Positions 31,045 to 42,000 of a stretch of 64,000 nucleotides of DNA are shown piece by piece. Position 1 is the stretch's first letter; the number at the start of each line of letters is the position of its first letter. The notes beneath the pieces are model-generated. The model was not told where the DNA came from. It saw only the letters and a list, made by a program, of their open reading frames with translations, and made no database searches. Source of the DNA: Candidatus Latescibacterota bacterium (GTDB lineage Bacteria; Krumholzibacteriota; Krumholzibacteriia; WVZY01); the NCBI GenBank assembly GCA_963791045.1, contig CAWBQK010000018.1, positions 32,001 through 96,000 of the forward strand, read 5' to 3'. The position numbers were made by a program, and so were the translations under genes.

Positions 31045-32088
31045 ATGGACGACAGGAATAACACCGTCGACGCAAAAACGCGGAAATCCAGATTGATGCA
31101 GGCCCTCGCGCCGTATCAAATACCGAGTATGGCGAGAAGTATTTTTCAGATTGCGAATTCTCTCATTCCTTATGTTGCGCTCTGGTGGCTCGCGTACAGG
31201 CTTCTCGATGTCTCCTATTGGGCGACGCTGGGCGTGTCGGTTCTTGCCGCTGGTTTTCTCGTGCGGTTGTTTATAATCTCGCATGATTGCGGCCACGGAT
31301 CGTTCTTCAAGTCAAAGAAAGCCAACGGCATCGTCGGCAGCATCACCGGTTTCTTCTCGTTTGTCCCGTACTATCGGTGGAAACGCGAACACTCGATTCA
31401 TCACGCCAGTTCGGGTGATCTCGACAATCGCGGTGTGGGCGACATCGAAATGATGACGGTGGCCGAGTACATGGCGCTCCCACGCGGGAAGCGGATTGCG
31501 TACCGGTTGTACCGCAACCCGCTGGTCATGTTTGGTATTGGGCCCTTGTTTATTTTTCTGATTAACCACCGGTTTTTCCCCAAGAACGCGACTCATCGTG
31601 AAAAGCTCAGCGTCATCCGCACAAACATTGCGATGGCCGCCGTGGTTACGATCATGGCGTTGACGATTGGAATCAAAGCGTTCGTGCTCGTCCAACTGCC
31701 GATTATCGCATTCGCCGCGACCGCCGGCGTGTGGCTTTTTTACGTGCAGCACCAGTACGAAGGCGTGTATTGGGAAAGGCATGAGAAGTGGGATTTCCTG
31801 GCACAGGCGCTCGAGGGGAGTTCGTTTTACCGGCTGCCGCGTGTGCTCCAGTGGTTTTCGGGGAACATTGGTTTTCACCACATCCATCACTTGAGCGCGC
31901 GCATTCCCAACTATAACCTGGAACGCTGCCAGAGGGAATTGGCGGAACTTCAGAGCGTGCCGGTATTGACTCTGTCACGAAGCCTCAAGTCGTTGGCGTT
32001 CCGCCTGTGGGACGAAGAGCGGCGGCGTATGGTTGGGTTTGCCAGGGTCGCGGAACTCGAGCGCGACGCCGCCCCGCACGCCGGATAA
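31045..32088 (+). CDS. des: Membrane fatty-acid desaturase (Des family)
   Basis: His boxes HDCGH, HSIHH and HHIHH. FYVQHQYE, RIPNYNL. Transmembrane segments. Confidence 0.92.
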   Translation: MDDRNNTVDAKTRKSRLMQALAPYQIPSMARSIFQIANSLIPYVALWWLAYRLLDVSYWATLGVSVLAAGFLVRLFIISHDCGHGSFFKSKKANGIVGSITGFFSFVPYYRWKREHSIHHASSGDLDNRGVGDIEMMTVAEYMALPRGKRIAYRLYRNPLVMFGIGPLFIFLINHRFFPKNATHREKLSVIRTNIAMAAVVTIMALTIGIKAFVLVQLPIIAFAATAGVWLFYVQHQYEGVYWERHEKWDFLAQALEGSSFYRLPRVLQWFSGNIGFHHIHHLSARIPNYNLERCQRELAELQSVPVLTLSRSLKSLAFRLWDEERRRMVGFARVAELERDAAPHAG

Positions 32089-32120
32089 TCTCACACAGCC
32101 AAATATTCACCTGCCAGCAC

Positions 32121-35100
32121 TTAGTGTGTCACGACAAACTTGCGTGACACCGCCATCTTTGGTGTCTCCAGCTTGAGGAAATACACACCGCTCGCGAGAG
32201 TGCTCGCATCGAACTGGGCACTTCCTGATCCTGCCGGTATTTGCTCGTCCGCGAACACAATGGCCACGCGCCGTCCCAGAACATCGTAAATCGCCATCTC
32301 GGCGACGGCGGGTTGATCCACACTGTAGTCGAATCGAACCACCCCGTTTGCCGGGTTCGGCACCGGCGGCTTGACCACCATTGGCGAGAACGACGGTGTG
32401 TCATCTCCGATACCGGTTGGGACATTGTCACAGCCGTGGACACGCATATGAACGTACGGCGTGTAAAACCGGTCACCGGCGAGTCCGGCGTCATTGACCT
32501 GTATCGCGCCGTACGGAGTGAACGGAAAGCCCGTTGAGTCTTCCCAGTGGGGAAGCTCATTCACATTCGCGCAGACGAATGAGATGTCGATCTCCTCTCC
32601 GCCCGTCCACTCGAACGCCATCGGCACATCATGCCAGCGCATCCCCGGTCCCGATGTGTAAATCAAACTCTCGGCCATCAGCGCATCGCGACCGGTCTCG
32701 GTGGCGCTGTAAATCCGTGCGAGCAGGATTTCGCCTTCGGGGATATCGGCCATCACGCCGAGACCGTAGACCTGGGTTGTGTTCATCGATTCGACGAAGG
32801 CATCGTGGTCGAGGTTGCCACCGATCTGCGAGAATGGCGGGGGAATGCCGTCGGACGCTTTGGCCAGGTCGAAGGGATATCCACCGTTCGCGTAGTCATC
32901 CCAGTTGATCCAGAAGTGGGGGATATTGGTCGAGAGGTATCCGTTGGATTCCGCCTTGCGAACTTCGATCACGCCGTCGACCGTGTCGGGAAGAGACACG
33001 TCGAATTGGTTGACGGCGGGATAGAACCCGTCTCCCTGGAACGACAGCTGCAGGTTGTAGTCCTGTCCGTTCTCGAGATTCGCATGAAGAAACACTTCGT
33101 GGGACGCCATCCCGCCGGTTTCCACGGTGGCGGCTCCGTAACAGACGTGATCACCCCGGGTGTTCCCGGACGCTTCATAAAGCCGTGCGTGAATCTCCGT
33201 GCCGCGAGACAGATCCGCCTCAAAACCAAGCGAGGTCAGACGCATGTTCTCGAGCGCCCCAACGAACAGGCCGAGCTGTGTGTCCGTGGCGGATGTCTCG
33301 TGTACCGGTCCGTCCGGCTGGAGGTCGGTGGTGTGCCCGGTCCATTCCTTCGACGTACTCGAGGCGAGAATCGTTATGTAGGGACACCAGTTTGTTCCTT
33401 CGGCGTCTCCGTTGAAGGCGCCCTCGCGGACACGAAGCAATCCCGCCACATCGTACGGGTATGTAACGTCGATCTCGTTTGCGTACGCGCGGTACAAAGA
33501 CGATGAAATCTCAAACGCGATCTCGTAATCCTGGCACGCCTCGAGTTCGATGCCGATCGGGATGAACTCGTGACCGAACACCGAATTCGGAGCATAAGAC
33601 GTGTTTTCCGCAAGAAGCGGTCCACGTGTATTGCCGTCGGCCTCGTAAACCCTGACGGTGAGCGGCTCGGTGGGCCCGGCAACATTGGGGTCGACTGCGC
33701 AAAGATCGATGTCCTCGAGCGCCGTGACAAAGAGGCTGTGTTCGCCAGCCATCTGTCCCGAATAGTAGGTTTCGACTTCGGGTTCGAGCCATACGACGGA
33801 GCCCCTGCATTCATACGGTTCAACGACGGCGAGGAGAAGCCACGCCAGGGGGGGGGTGGAGCCCGTGCAATTGACAAACGCGATGGTGCTGACGTGATTG
33901 CCCGGCTCTTTGTACCCGGCGAAACGGTTCAGCGAAAACGTGACGTCCTGTGACGCCCCGGGAAGAAGCTGCCCTCCAGTTATTGACGGTGTCAGCCAGT
34001 CCGCCGTGGTGTTTATATGCCAGTTCGCCATAGTCTCGCCCGCGTTCTCCACCGTGTAAGTGAAAGTGTTCGGCCAGAAGAACCCGTTTTCGAAGCCGGT
34101 GGATATTTGCATTGTCGAAGGCGTGATGGAAAGGTCGCTGTTGGCGAAATACGCGTACGCGCCAATCTTCGTCGTCCACGACGGCACCGGGTCGATCGAG
34201 GCGAATGCACCGTGGGTCCAGAATGTACGGCTGTCCGCGTGATCGAGCGCGACCCCCGAGTATGCCCCCCAGCGGTAGGGGTTGCCGGATGTCCCCCCTC
34301 CGCCGAGGGAGTAGTCGGCGACCCCGGCGGCAATTGTGCCGGATTCTATTGTCGAGAGAGGGAACATCGAAAGGATGTCGTAAATGAACGATGGGTACAT
34401 CACGTCGCTGCATGCCGCCGACGTAAGGATCAGATTGGAGTATTCATCCACATCGATCGCCGGAAAAGCGCGTGCGGTTCCGGGGTAGTTCATCCAGAAG
34501 GTGTTGGTGAGGAGGGCGGACGTACTAATCTTGTCGACGTAGACGGCCGACTTGTCACCCTCACCATATTCCTCAAGGGCGGCTCTCGCGCCGTAGAGAA
34601 TTCCTCCGCTGTACACCGCGTCCGTGTATCGGCAATCCAACGACCGGATAAATGTCCCGTTGGGTTGCTGCATTGCGGGTGGTGTCTCATATGGGTAAAT
34701 GCCTATCGAAAAACCATCGAGAACCGGCGACGAGACGGTGCCGGAGATCCTCCAAACCGTTCCAATGTTGCCGCCCTGGTACTTGTTATTGAGAAGATAT
34801 GTATAACCGGCCCATGAGTTCATCTGGGCGGGCCGAATCGCAAATGCAGCGGATGCATCGCCGGGGTTTGTGGAACCGGTGAATGAGGTGTAACTCACCG
34901 ATCCTGGTTGATACAAATCGTCCTTGGGGATAACCGAAATGGTTGTGCCTTTGAAGGAATACGTGCTGACATCGTACCTGTTATAGGTGATGTACAAGGC
35001 CTCTGGGTCATCGGCGATATACATATTGTCCGCAAAACCATTGGTCGGCGCGTTCCAGGAAATAATGTAGACGGCGAGCCACCCCTCCGTTGGATCGCTG

Positions 35101-35891
35101 GAGTTGGAAACAGCCACCCGTAGATAGGAATCGTTGGTCGACGTATTCAACTCCGTGAAGACGACAACCCAACGCCCCCGCCAGTCATCGTATATAACGC
35201 GGGGATCAAAAAAAGTGTTGCTCGATACCTGTCCGAAGTAGTCGAGGAATGTGCCTCCCTCGAGCCAGTTGCCGCATTTGTCGTATACGGCGACCATGTC
35301 GCTGGCAACAGCGACGAGATGCTCGGGGCCGACATCGATATCGGGGCTGGCGTTGGCGAAGCCGGTGAAGCCGATCGCGTTGAACTTGATCATGTCGCCC
35401 GAGACCATGCTTGCCGGCGCGACGGCCTCGCCCGCGGGAAATTTGGAGCCGGTGTTGCTCTTTTGAAAATCATTCGGAACGAATCGTTCTTCGGGGTTCA
35501 TTAGAGATGGTAATTGGGGAACCCGCGCCGCCATAAAGTCGGTAGGCCTCGTGGTACGTTTTGACCTGTCGACAACAACCGGGTGGCTTTCCATGGTCAT
35601 GGACTGGGGTTGGATGACGATGTCGGGTTCTCGCGCGGGAGTTCGCGCCTCGGCGATTAGTCTCGCCTGCCGGATGGCTTCGGCCCGTCTGCCGGGATCT
35701 TTTGGAAGCGGTGGGATGAGTTCGCCGTCCCTCCACCGGGCCTCGTCTGCTATTTCGTTTTTGTCAGAAGAATTTGATGCGGATTGTTCCTGGGCGGATG
35801 CGTTGTTCGTGGTGACGAATCCCACGCCGGCAAGGACGCCGGCTGCCAGTAGCAGGGAACAACATACCCAAAGACCACGCGTGTGTCTCAT
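32121..35891 (-). CDS. Secreted multidomain protein: propeller-like N-domain, BACON-like Ig domain, three tandem ~155-aa repeats, T9SS-like CTD
   Basis: Signal peptide. SPDIDVGPEHLV...FDPRVIYD...RWGAYSG pattern. YTVENAG...WHINTTADWLTPSITGGQLLPG. CTD PNPANG...IYDVLGRRV...LASGVYFLKL...RKFVVTH. Confidence 0.8.
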   Translation of the reverse strand: MRHTRGLWVCCSLLLAAGVLAGVGFVTTNNASAQEQSASNSSDKNEIADEARWRDGELIPPLPKDPGRRAEAIRQARLIAEARTPAREPDIVIQPQSMTMESHPVVVDRSKRTTRPTDFMAARVPQLPSLMNPEERFVPNDFQKSNTGSKFPAGEAVAPASMVSGDMIKFNAIGFTGFANASPDIDVGPEHLVAVASDMVAVYDKCGNWLEGGTFLDYFGQVSSNTFFDPRVIYDDWRGRWVVVFTELNTSTNDSYLRVAVSNSSDPTEGWLAVYIISWNAPTNGFADNMYIADDPEALYITYNRYDVSTYSFKGTTISVIPKDDLYQPGSVSYTSFTGSTNPGDASAAFAIRPAQMNSWAGYTYLLNNKYQGGNIGTVWRISGTVSSPVLDGFSIGIYPYETPPAMQQPNGTFIRSLDCRYTDAVYSGGILYGARAALEEYGEGDKSAVYVDKISTSALLTNTFWMNYPGTARAFPAIDVDEYSNLILTSAACSDVMYPSFIYDILSMFPLSTIESGTIAAGVADYSLGGGGTSGNPYRWGAYSGVALDHADSRTFWTHGAFASIDPVPSWTTKIGAYAYFANSDLSITPSTMQISTGFENGFFWPNTFTYTVENAGETMANWHINTTADWLTPSITGGQLLPGASQDVTFSLNRFAGYKEPGNHVSTIAFVNCTGSTPPLAWLLLAVVEPYECRGSVVWLEPEVETYYSGQMAGEHSLFVTALEDIDLCAVDPNVAGPTEPLTVRVYEADGNTRGPLLAENTSYAPNSVFGHEFIPIGIELEACQDYEIAFEISSSLYRAYANEIDVTYPYDVAGLLRVREGAFNGDAEGTNWCPYITILASSTSKEWTGHTTDLQPDGPVHETSATDTQLGLFVGALENMRLTSLGFEADLSRGTEIHARLYEASGNTRGDHVCYGAATVETGGMASHEVFLHANLENGQDYNLQLSFQGDGFYPAVNQFDVSLPDTVDGVIEVRKAESNGYLSTNIPHFWINWDDYANGGYPFDLAKASDGIPPPFSQIGGNLDHDAFVESMNTTQVYGLGVMADIPEGEILLARIYSATETGRDALMAESLIYTSGPGMRWHDVPMAFEWTGGEEIDISFVCANVNELPHWEDSTGFPFTPYGAIQVNDAGLAGDRFYTPYVHMRVHGCDNVPTGIGDDTPSFSPMVVKPPVPNPANGVVRFDYSVDQPAVAEMAIYDVLGRRVAIVFADEQIPAGSGSAQFDASTLASGVYFLKLETPKMAVSRKFVVTH

Positions 35892-35933
35892 GATTCCCCC
35901 CTTGGGTGCTGTGTGTGACGCTGAAATGTGTTA

Positions 35934-35949
35934 TGTGAATTATATCACA
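35934..35949. promoter_or_regulatory. CRP/FNR-type palindrome overlapping an extended -10 promoter element
   Basis: TGTGA-N6-TCACA. On the minus strand N6 is TATAAT, preceded by TGA (TGnTATAAT), about 45 nt upstream of ATG 35891. Confidence 0.55.
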
Positions 35950-35994
35950 AAAAAGGTGATGCTGGAATCACTTACACGCCCGCTGCCCGGCCTG

Positions 35995-36036
35995 AAAAAC
36001 GCAGAGGCGGCGGGGTCTAGCCCCGCCGCCTCTGCG
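35995..36036 (-). terminator. Intrinsic terminator of the giant protein gene
   Basis: 16-bp perfect stem CGCAGAGGCGGCGGGG / CCCCGCCGCCTCTGCG followed by TTTTT on the minus strand. Confidence 0.88.
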
Positions 36037-36083
36037 CCGTTCTATGGTTGCTTTGTTGGGTTGGTTTGTTGGTTTTGTTTTCG

Positions 36084-39000
36084 TTACTTGAGAATCACCA
36101 TCTTTCTGGTTTTGACAAACGCTCCGGCCTCGAGCTTGTAGAAGTACACACCGCTCGCGACCCGTGAGCCGTTGTTGTCATGACCGTCCCAGACCACCTT
36201 GTACACGTTTGGCTTCTTCTGCTCGTCGACCAGAGTTCTCACCAGGCGTCCGCCGACGTCGTAGACCCTGAGCCGAACGTCAACCGCATCGGGAACCTTG
36301 AACTGAATCGTGGTCGACGGGTTGAACGGGTTCGGGTAGTTCTGTGACAGGTCGAACACCTTTGGGAGTTCGGAGTACATTATGTCCGGCGTCTCGATCG
36401 GGATCACCCCGGCGTCGAGGATCTTGGCCTGGTTGATGTCCCGGGCGATCTTTCGCGCCGTCTTGTCGTTGATCGTGTTTCCGTCGTCAATCATGTTGTC
36501 GACAACAGTGATCGCCATCGAAACCGTCGCATTGTCGCGCGACGCCTTGTCGCCGAGATGGAGTTTGCCCGACGCAACGTTGAAGAGAAGCGAGAGAAGT
36601 TCCTGCTTCGCGTGCGCGAGTTCGGTCATCTTCCCCTTCAAGTTGAGCAGGTCCTTTGCCACGGTCAGCTTGTCGATGCATTCTCCAGATGACGGAGGCT
36701 GGTAGACTTCTACCGGGTTCATCCGGTTGGTGTTGAAGTGCGTCTCGATCAGATCGAGGTAGTCGCACAACATTGCCGCGTCGATTTCGGGATTGCCCTG
36801 GCCGGACAACGCGAGTCCAAGCTGATGCTTCCAGAAACTCATCTTCCGCGGATCCGGGATTATCGTCTCTTTTATCAAGTTGAATTCGATATCCAACTGC
36901 GTGCCCGGTTCATAGGTGATGAGAGTCTCCTCTGAAGCGACTGTATAGCCTAGTGGCGTCACGATGGTGAGGTTGTAGACGCCAAACGCAAGGTCAAGGA
37001 CATAAACGCCGTCGTCATCGGTGATCATCGTGGAGACCAGCTCACCCGTACCCAGTTCGAACGCGTCGATTTCGACGCCGGGAACCGGTGTCGCCGCTAC
37101 GGGTTCGTCGGTTACGACGCGCCCCGTTAGCTCAGTCTTCGTGCCGAAGACAGAGACGGTGTTGTCGCCGGAATTAGTCACGATGAAAGTGCCGTCGATT
37201 GGGCTGAATGCAATGTTCGACGGGTCTTCACCGGCAACGAGCGTATCGACTAGCGCCACCTCAAGCCGTGTGGGCGGAAGATCGGTCCCGTCCTCGATTA
37301 CACTGACCGCGTTCTTGACGGTGAGCGACGCGACGATGATGACATCGGTAGATTCCTGGATCAGGTAGAGAAGACCGCCGTCAGGTGATATGCCGACGGT
37401 TCTCGTTCCCGATCCGGTTGTTACGCCGGCGACGACCTGGTCTTGTGTAGGGCTGTCCGGATGGATGTCAAAAATGTTTACAACGCCTTCCGTCGTAAGC
37501 AGGATGAGGAATGCCCCATCGGGCGTTACCGCGACGGTTCGCGTCGCGCTCCCGGTGGTTACATTCGACACAACCGAATAACCCGAAACAGACATCACCA
37601 GGTACCCCGAGTCGGTTCCGAGGTACAACAAACCGCCGTCGGGTGTGATCGAAACAGTCCGCGTTCCCGTCGACGTTTTTGGGTTCGAGACAACCGAGTG
37701 GAATGTCACACTGTTCGGATCTGTGTCGAGAACACTCAGATCATTCGATCCATAATTGACCACGACAAGCCGATCACCGTCCGGCGTAATCGCGAGATCT
37801 GTGGGCGCCTGGCCGACACTGATGGCGTCGACGACGTGGTGCCGCTCCGGACTGGCGGGATCGATATCAAAGACTGTCACGGTTCCGTCGACATGGTTGG
37901 CGACATAACCAAGCGTTCCCTCCGGGTTGAGAGTGATTGCCACCGGGTTCTCACCTACAGGTATGCTCGGCCAGGCAATCAACTTTGTGAGGTTGATTGG
38001 AATGACCCTGTTCGCGTACGGACTCACCCCGTAAGCAAACGCCCCGTCCGGCGAGATCGCTACACTGCGTGTCGCAGAACTTGTCGATACGTTGGCGACC
38101 ACATCATCCGCACGAACCGCCTCGGGATCAATCACGGTGAACCCGACGGCGTTCGACGTATCGGGAATCTCGGTGTCGATCACGCGAACGGCGATGTAAC
38201 CGATCGGCGCGTCGAGCGGGACGATGGCGTCGATGAAGTCTTTGCCGACTTCACGAAGTGTCGCCTCGGAATAGTTGAAGATCACCTTGTTCAAAGAGGG
38301 GTCGGGGTTGAAGCTCGCTCCCGAAAGCACGAATGGTGCGCCCCTCGATCCGCTAGTCGGCGCGATGGATCCGAGCGTTATCGGCGGGAGCGCTTCGGTC
38401 ATGAATGTCGAGGTCACCGGTTGGTCCAGTGCGCCGCCGATTTCGTCGAGCACGCCCGTCGTAACCTCAATCATATATGTCGCCGTTGGTGCGAGTACCC
38501 GGCGCGGCGACAAGGAAACCCGCCGGTTGAAATCGGAGAACCCGATTACCACTGGTATCGGGACGAGATCGCCGTCGTGCAGGAATACGGTGGTGTCATC
38601 GATCGTCAAGGGATCCACGGGCCTGCTGAATGTCACCTGTATTGCTGTGGTAGCACTGACATACGTTTGCTGGTCCACGGGAGTTACCGACGTCACAGTC
38701 AGCGGAAGCGTCAGTGGATCGTCCAGGGCATCCGCTGTAAACGTGAGAGGCGATCCGACCAGGCCCGACGATGTCGCCTCGACCGTATGTGCGCCGAACC
38801 CGATAACGCCGCCGAGCCTCCACTCGACGCCGGCGATTCCTTCGTCATTTGTGGTTACCACATGCGTCGTAGAACCCGTGGCGTCAAAGTAGCCGCCGCC
38901 TGTTGTCACGGTGAATGTCACCGGCACGTCGGCGACGGAACCGCCCGATCCGCTTACCTGGACCTGGATGGGTCGGGGAAGCGGTTCGTCGATCACGCCC

Positions 39001-42000
39001 GTCTGACCATCGCCGGATAGAATCGCGATGCCCTGAACGGTGCTGAAGTCGTAGATAAGGAGATTGTCACTCGACTCCGAGAGGCTGTAGAACACCGACG
39101 CGTCTGGCGCATAAGCGTTATCCAGTGTGGAGAGGTGATCGGGAAGATCGCCGGCCTGCTGGATGAGCGCGAGGGCATCGGGATTCGTGGTGATGTCGAT
39201 ATTGAAGTACCCCTCTTCGAGGACACTTGCCACAGCGCGGTCGCCCCGCGGTGAAACATCGATATTGTCCGCAGACAACGGCGCCGCGCCCCCAAGAGGA
39301 AGCGTCGTCGTCATCACGGGCGCCGCCGGGTCGGAAGCATCGACCATCACGACCGAGCGGTTTGGTGCCGGTATATCTCCCGAGGTGAGTACCAGGCAGC
39401 GCTCGCCGTCCGGTGTGAAAGACAGGGAGACCGGAATCTCCTGGGGCGCCGCGCCGGGAAGCGTGAGCGTCGAAACAATCGTCTGATAGGCCGGGCTTCC
39501 CGGGTTAGTGTCCATCACGAGCACAACGGCCGGGTCGGAATCATGTACCGGGAGGTACACGTAATCGCCCCCCGGGTGGAATGCCATTTCGTGGACGATA
39601 CCGTTTATATTGCCGCTCGCCAGTGCGATCGACGCGACCACCTGGTATTCGGTCGGGGATTCGATCACGATATCGACGAAATGCACCTGGAAGGTGCCGA
39701 CGTCGGACACGAGAAGCCTGGTCCCATCGGGGCTCAATGCCACTCGGGAAATATCGGCGCCGGATATACCGGCGAAATCGATACCGCCGATGTCAGTGAG
39801 GAAATCACCGCCCAGCGGGTTGACATCGATAACTCTTACCGCGCCGGCGCTGGGGATCGCGACAAATGCGCGGTCGCCGTCGAGTGATATTGCAATGTCT
39901 CCGGCCTCTGCGCCAAGATCCACCGACCCCGAGTACTGGTGGTAGCCGGGTTTGTCGGGATCCGTCGCCATGATATGGAGGCCTCCGGTTCTGTCCCCGA
40001 TGGCGAGGAAAGCGCCGTCGGGAGCCGCACAGAGAACCGATCCACCGTCACCCGTGCCCGAGGGCGTGCCGGGGAGCGCCGCGGCGAGCCGGAGGGCATC
40101 GTCGAGTGTCGAACCAAGGACGTTGAAGAAGGAGGCGTTGGATCCGAGCGACGTTCCGTCGGTGTCGACCGCGATTACCGAGACGGGGCCGCTCGCCGCG
40201 CCGGTCGGTACCGAGACAACAACCGAACTCTCGGTCACCCGGTCGGGTGACGCGATGACATCGTCGAACGACACCACTATCTCCGAGTCGGCGACGAAAT
40301 CAGAACCCGAGAACACGAGTGTCGCTCCGACCGGCCCCGCTGATTTAGAAATTGTGGAAAGCGACGGGCCCAGTCCAATGGTGGTAACGACGAGCCGCTG
40401 CTCCGCTTCGGAGACGGTAAATGCATATTCGCCGTCGGACGAAATCTCGATATCGACGGGGTTGATCGGAAGCGGTATTGTCGCCGCGACCGTCCGGTAT
40501 GTCGGTGACGATTCGCGAAGATCAATCGCGTTCAATATGTTGAGTTCTCGGTTGACCGCGTGGGCAAACGCGCCGCCTGGTGTGACCGCGATGCCCCTCA
40601 ACGTCCCGCCGGTCCGGATGGTCTGGACGCAGACATAGTCGTCGAGCGACACAATATTCACTACACCTTCTTCGTCGGATACATATGCACGGTGACCCAC
40701 GGGATCAACCGCAACATCCCTGGGATCGGGGCCGACGGAGATTTCTCCAATAAGTGTCTTGGAGACGAGATCAAAAACGAGGAGCTTGCCCGTTCCGCTC
40801 AATGCGAGGAGACGTTCACCTGTGGGATCGGTAGTCATCTCGCCGCGGATGTTGGGGTCGGGCGTGAGAACACGTCCAACCTGGCTCAAGAAACTCGGGC
40901 TCGTTTCATCGACATCCCAGATCTGAATTTCGCCTTCATCGGTTGGAATGAACGCGTGGTTGCCCCGCGGGTTCACGAGAATGCCGCGCGGTCTTGCTCC
41001 AATCGGCGTTTCGCTGAGGATGCCGATCGAACCCGGCGTCGCATCGATGCGGTAGAGTGTTTCGGTTACCCAGCTCACACCGTAGACGCGGTTTCCCGCC
41101 GGATGTCGCGTCGAGGTCATTCAATCCCCCGGCAATCGGAAGCGATATCGCCGTGAGATATCCGCCTATCGAAGGATCGACCACAACCGCTTGGGCTCCG
41201 AGATCCGTGGCCATAAAGGCGTAGCTGGCGTCGGGCAGTATCGTGAGCGCCCGCGGCGTTTCGCCGAGGACCGTCACGCCCGATTCGAACCCTTTGGGAA
41301 CTTCGTCGGAAGAGAGGATCGTAAATTGAAGGTCGTTGCTCGCCAGTCCCTGTGTGTGATTGGTCACATTGACAACGCCCGAAGTTGCGCCGACGGGAAC
41401 GGTAACGACAAGCTGTGTGGCCGAGGCCTTGCTTATTTCAGCCGGAATTCCATTGAAAACGACTGTGTTGTTTGACGGCTCGGAATCAAAACCCTTTCCG
41501 TTGACCGAGACGATGATGCCTTCGATGCCTTTGCTCGGCGCCAGGCTCGTGAGCGCCACCGGTGGCTCGGCTTCGGTCACAAAGGTCATGTCGAACGGGG
41601 TTTCAATGCCGTTTCCGAAATTGTCCTGAAGCCCCGTATCGAGGGTCAACCTGTAGGTCGTCGAGAACTCGAGACCGACCGACGGAACGTATGCGATGAG
41701 CATGTCGTCGTTCAAGAACGCGGCGTTACCCAGAGCGAATTCTCCCGTGGCTTCATTGGTGAGACTGAAATTTCCCTGAAGAGTGGCGCTGTTCACGGGT
41801 TCGTCGAATGAAATCAGAATCGATCCGCCGATGGACACATCAGTGGCGTTGGCCTCGGGGACCGTCGAGACGATTTGCGGTCCGACGTCGTCGATATTGG
41901 TCGTAAAATCGGCGATCGTTCCCGGACCACCGGCGAAGACGGCCACAGCCGTTCTCGCCTCCGCATCATCATATTGGGATTCCGCCGCGTCCCACCATTC

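Noticed and set aside
41091-41097. GGGAAAC slippery heptamer (minus strand) at the giant-gene frameshift as a programmed -1 frameshift
   Set aside because: The upstream frame reads GGG-AAA-C and a +1 shift is needed, the wrong phase for canonical -1 slippage. An error is more parsimonious.
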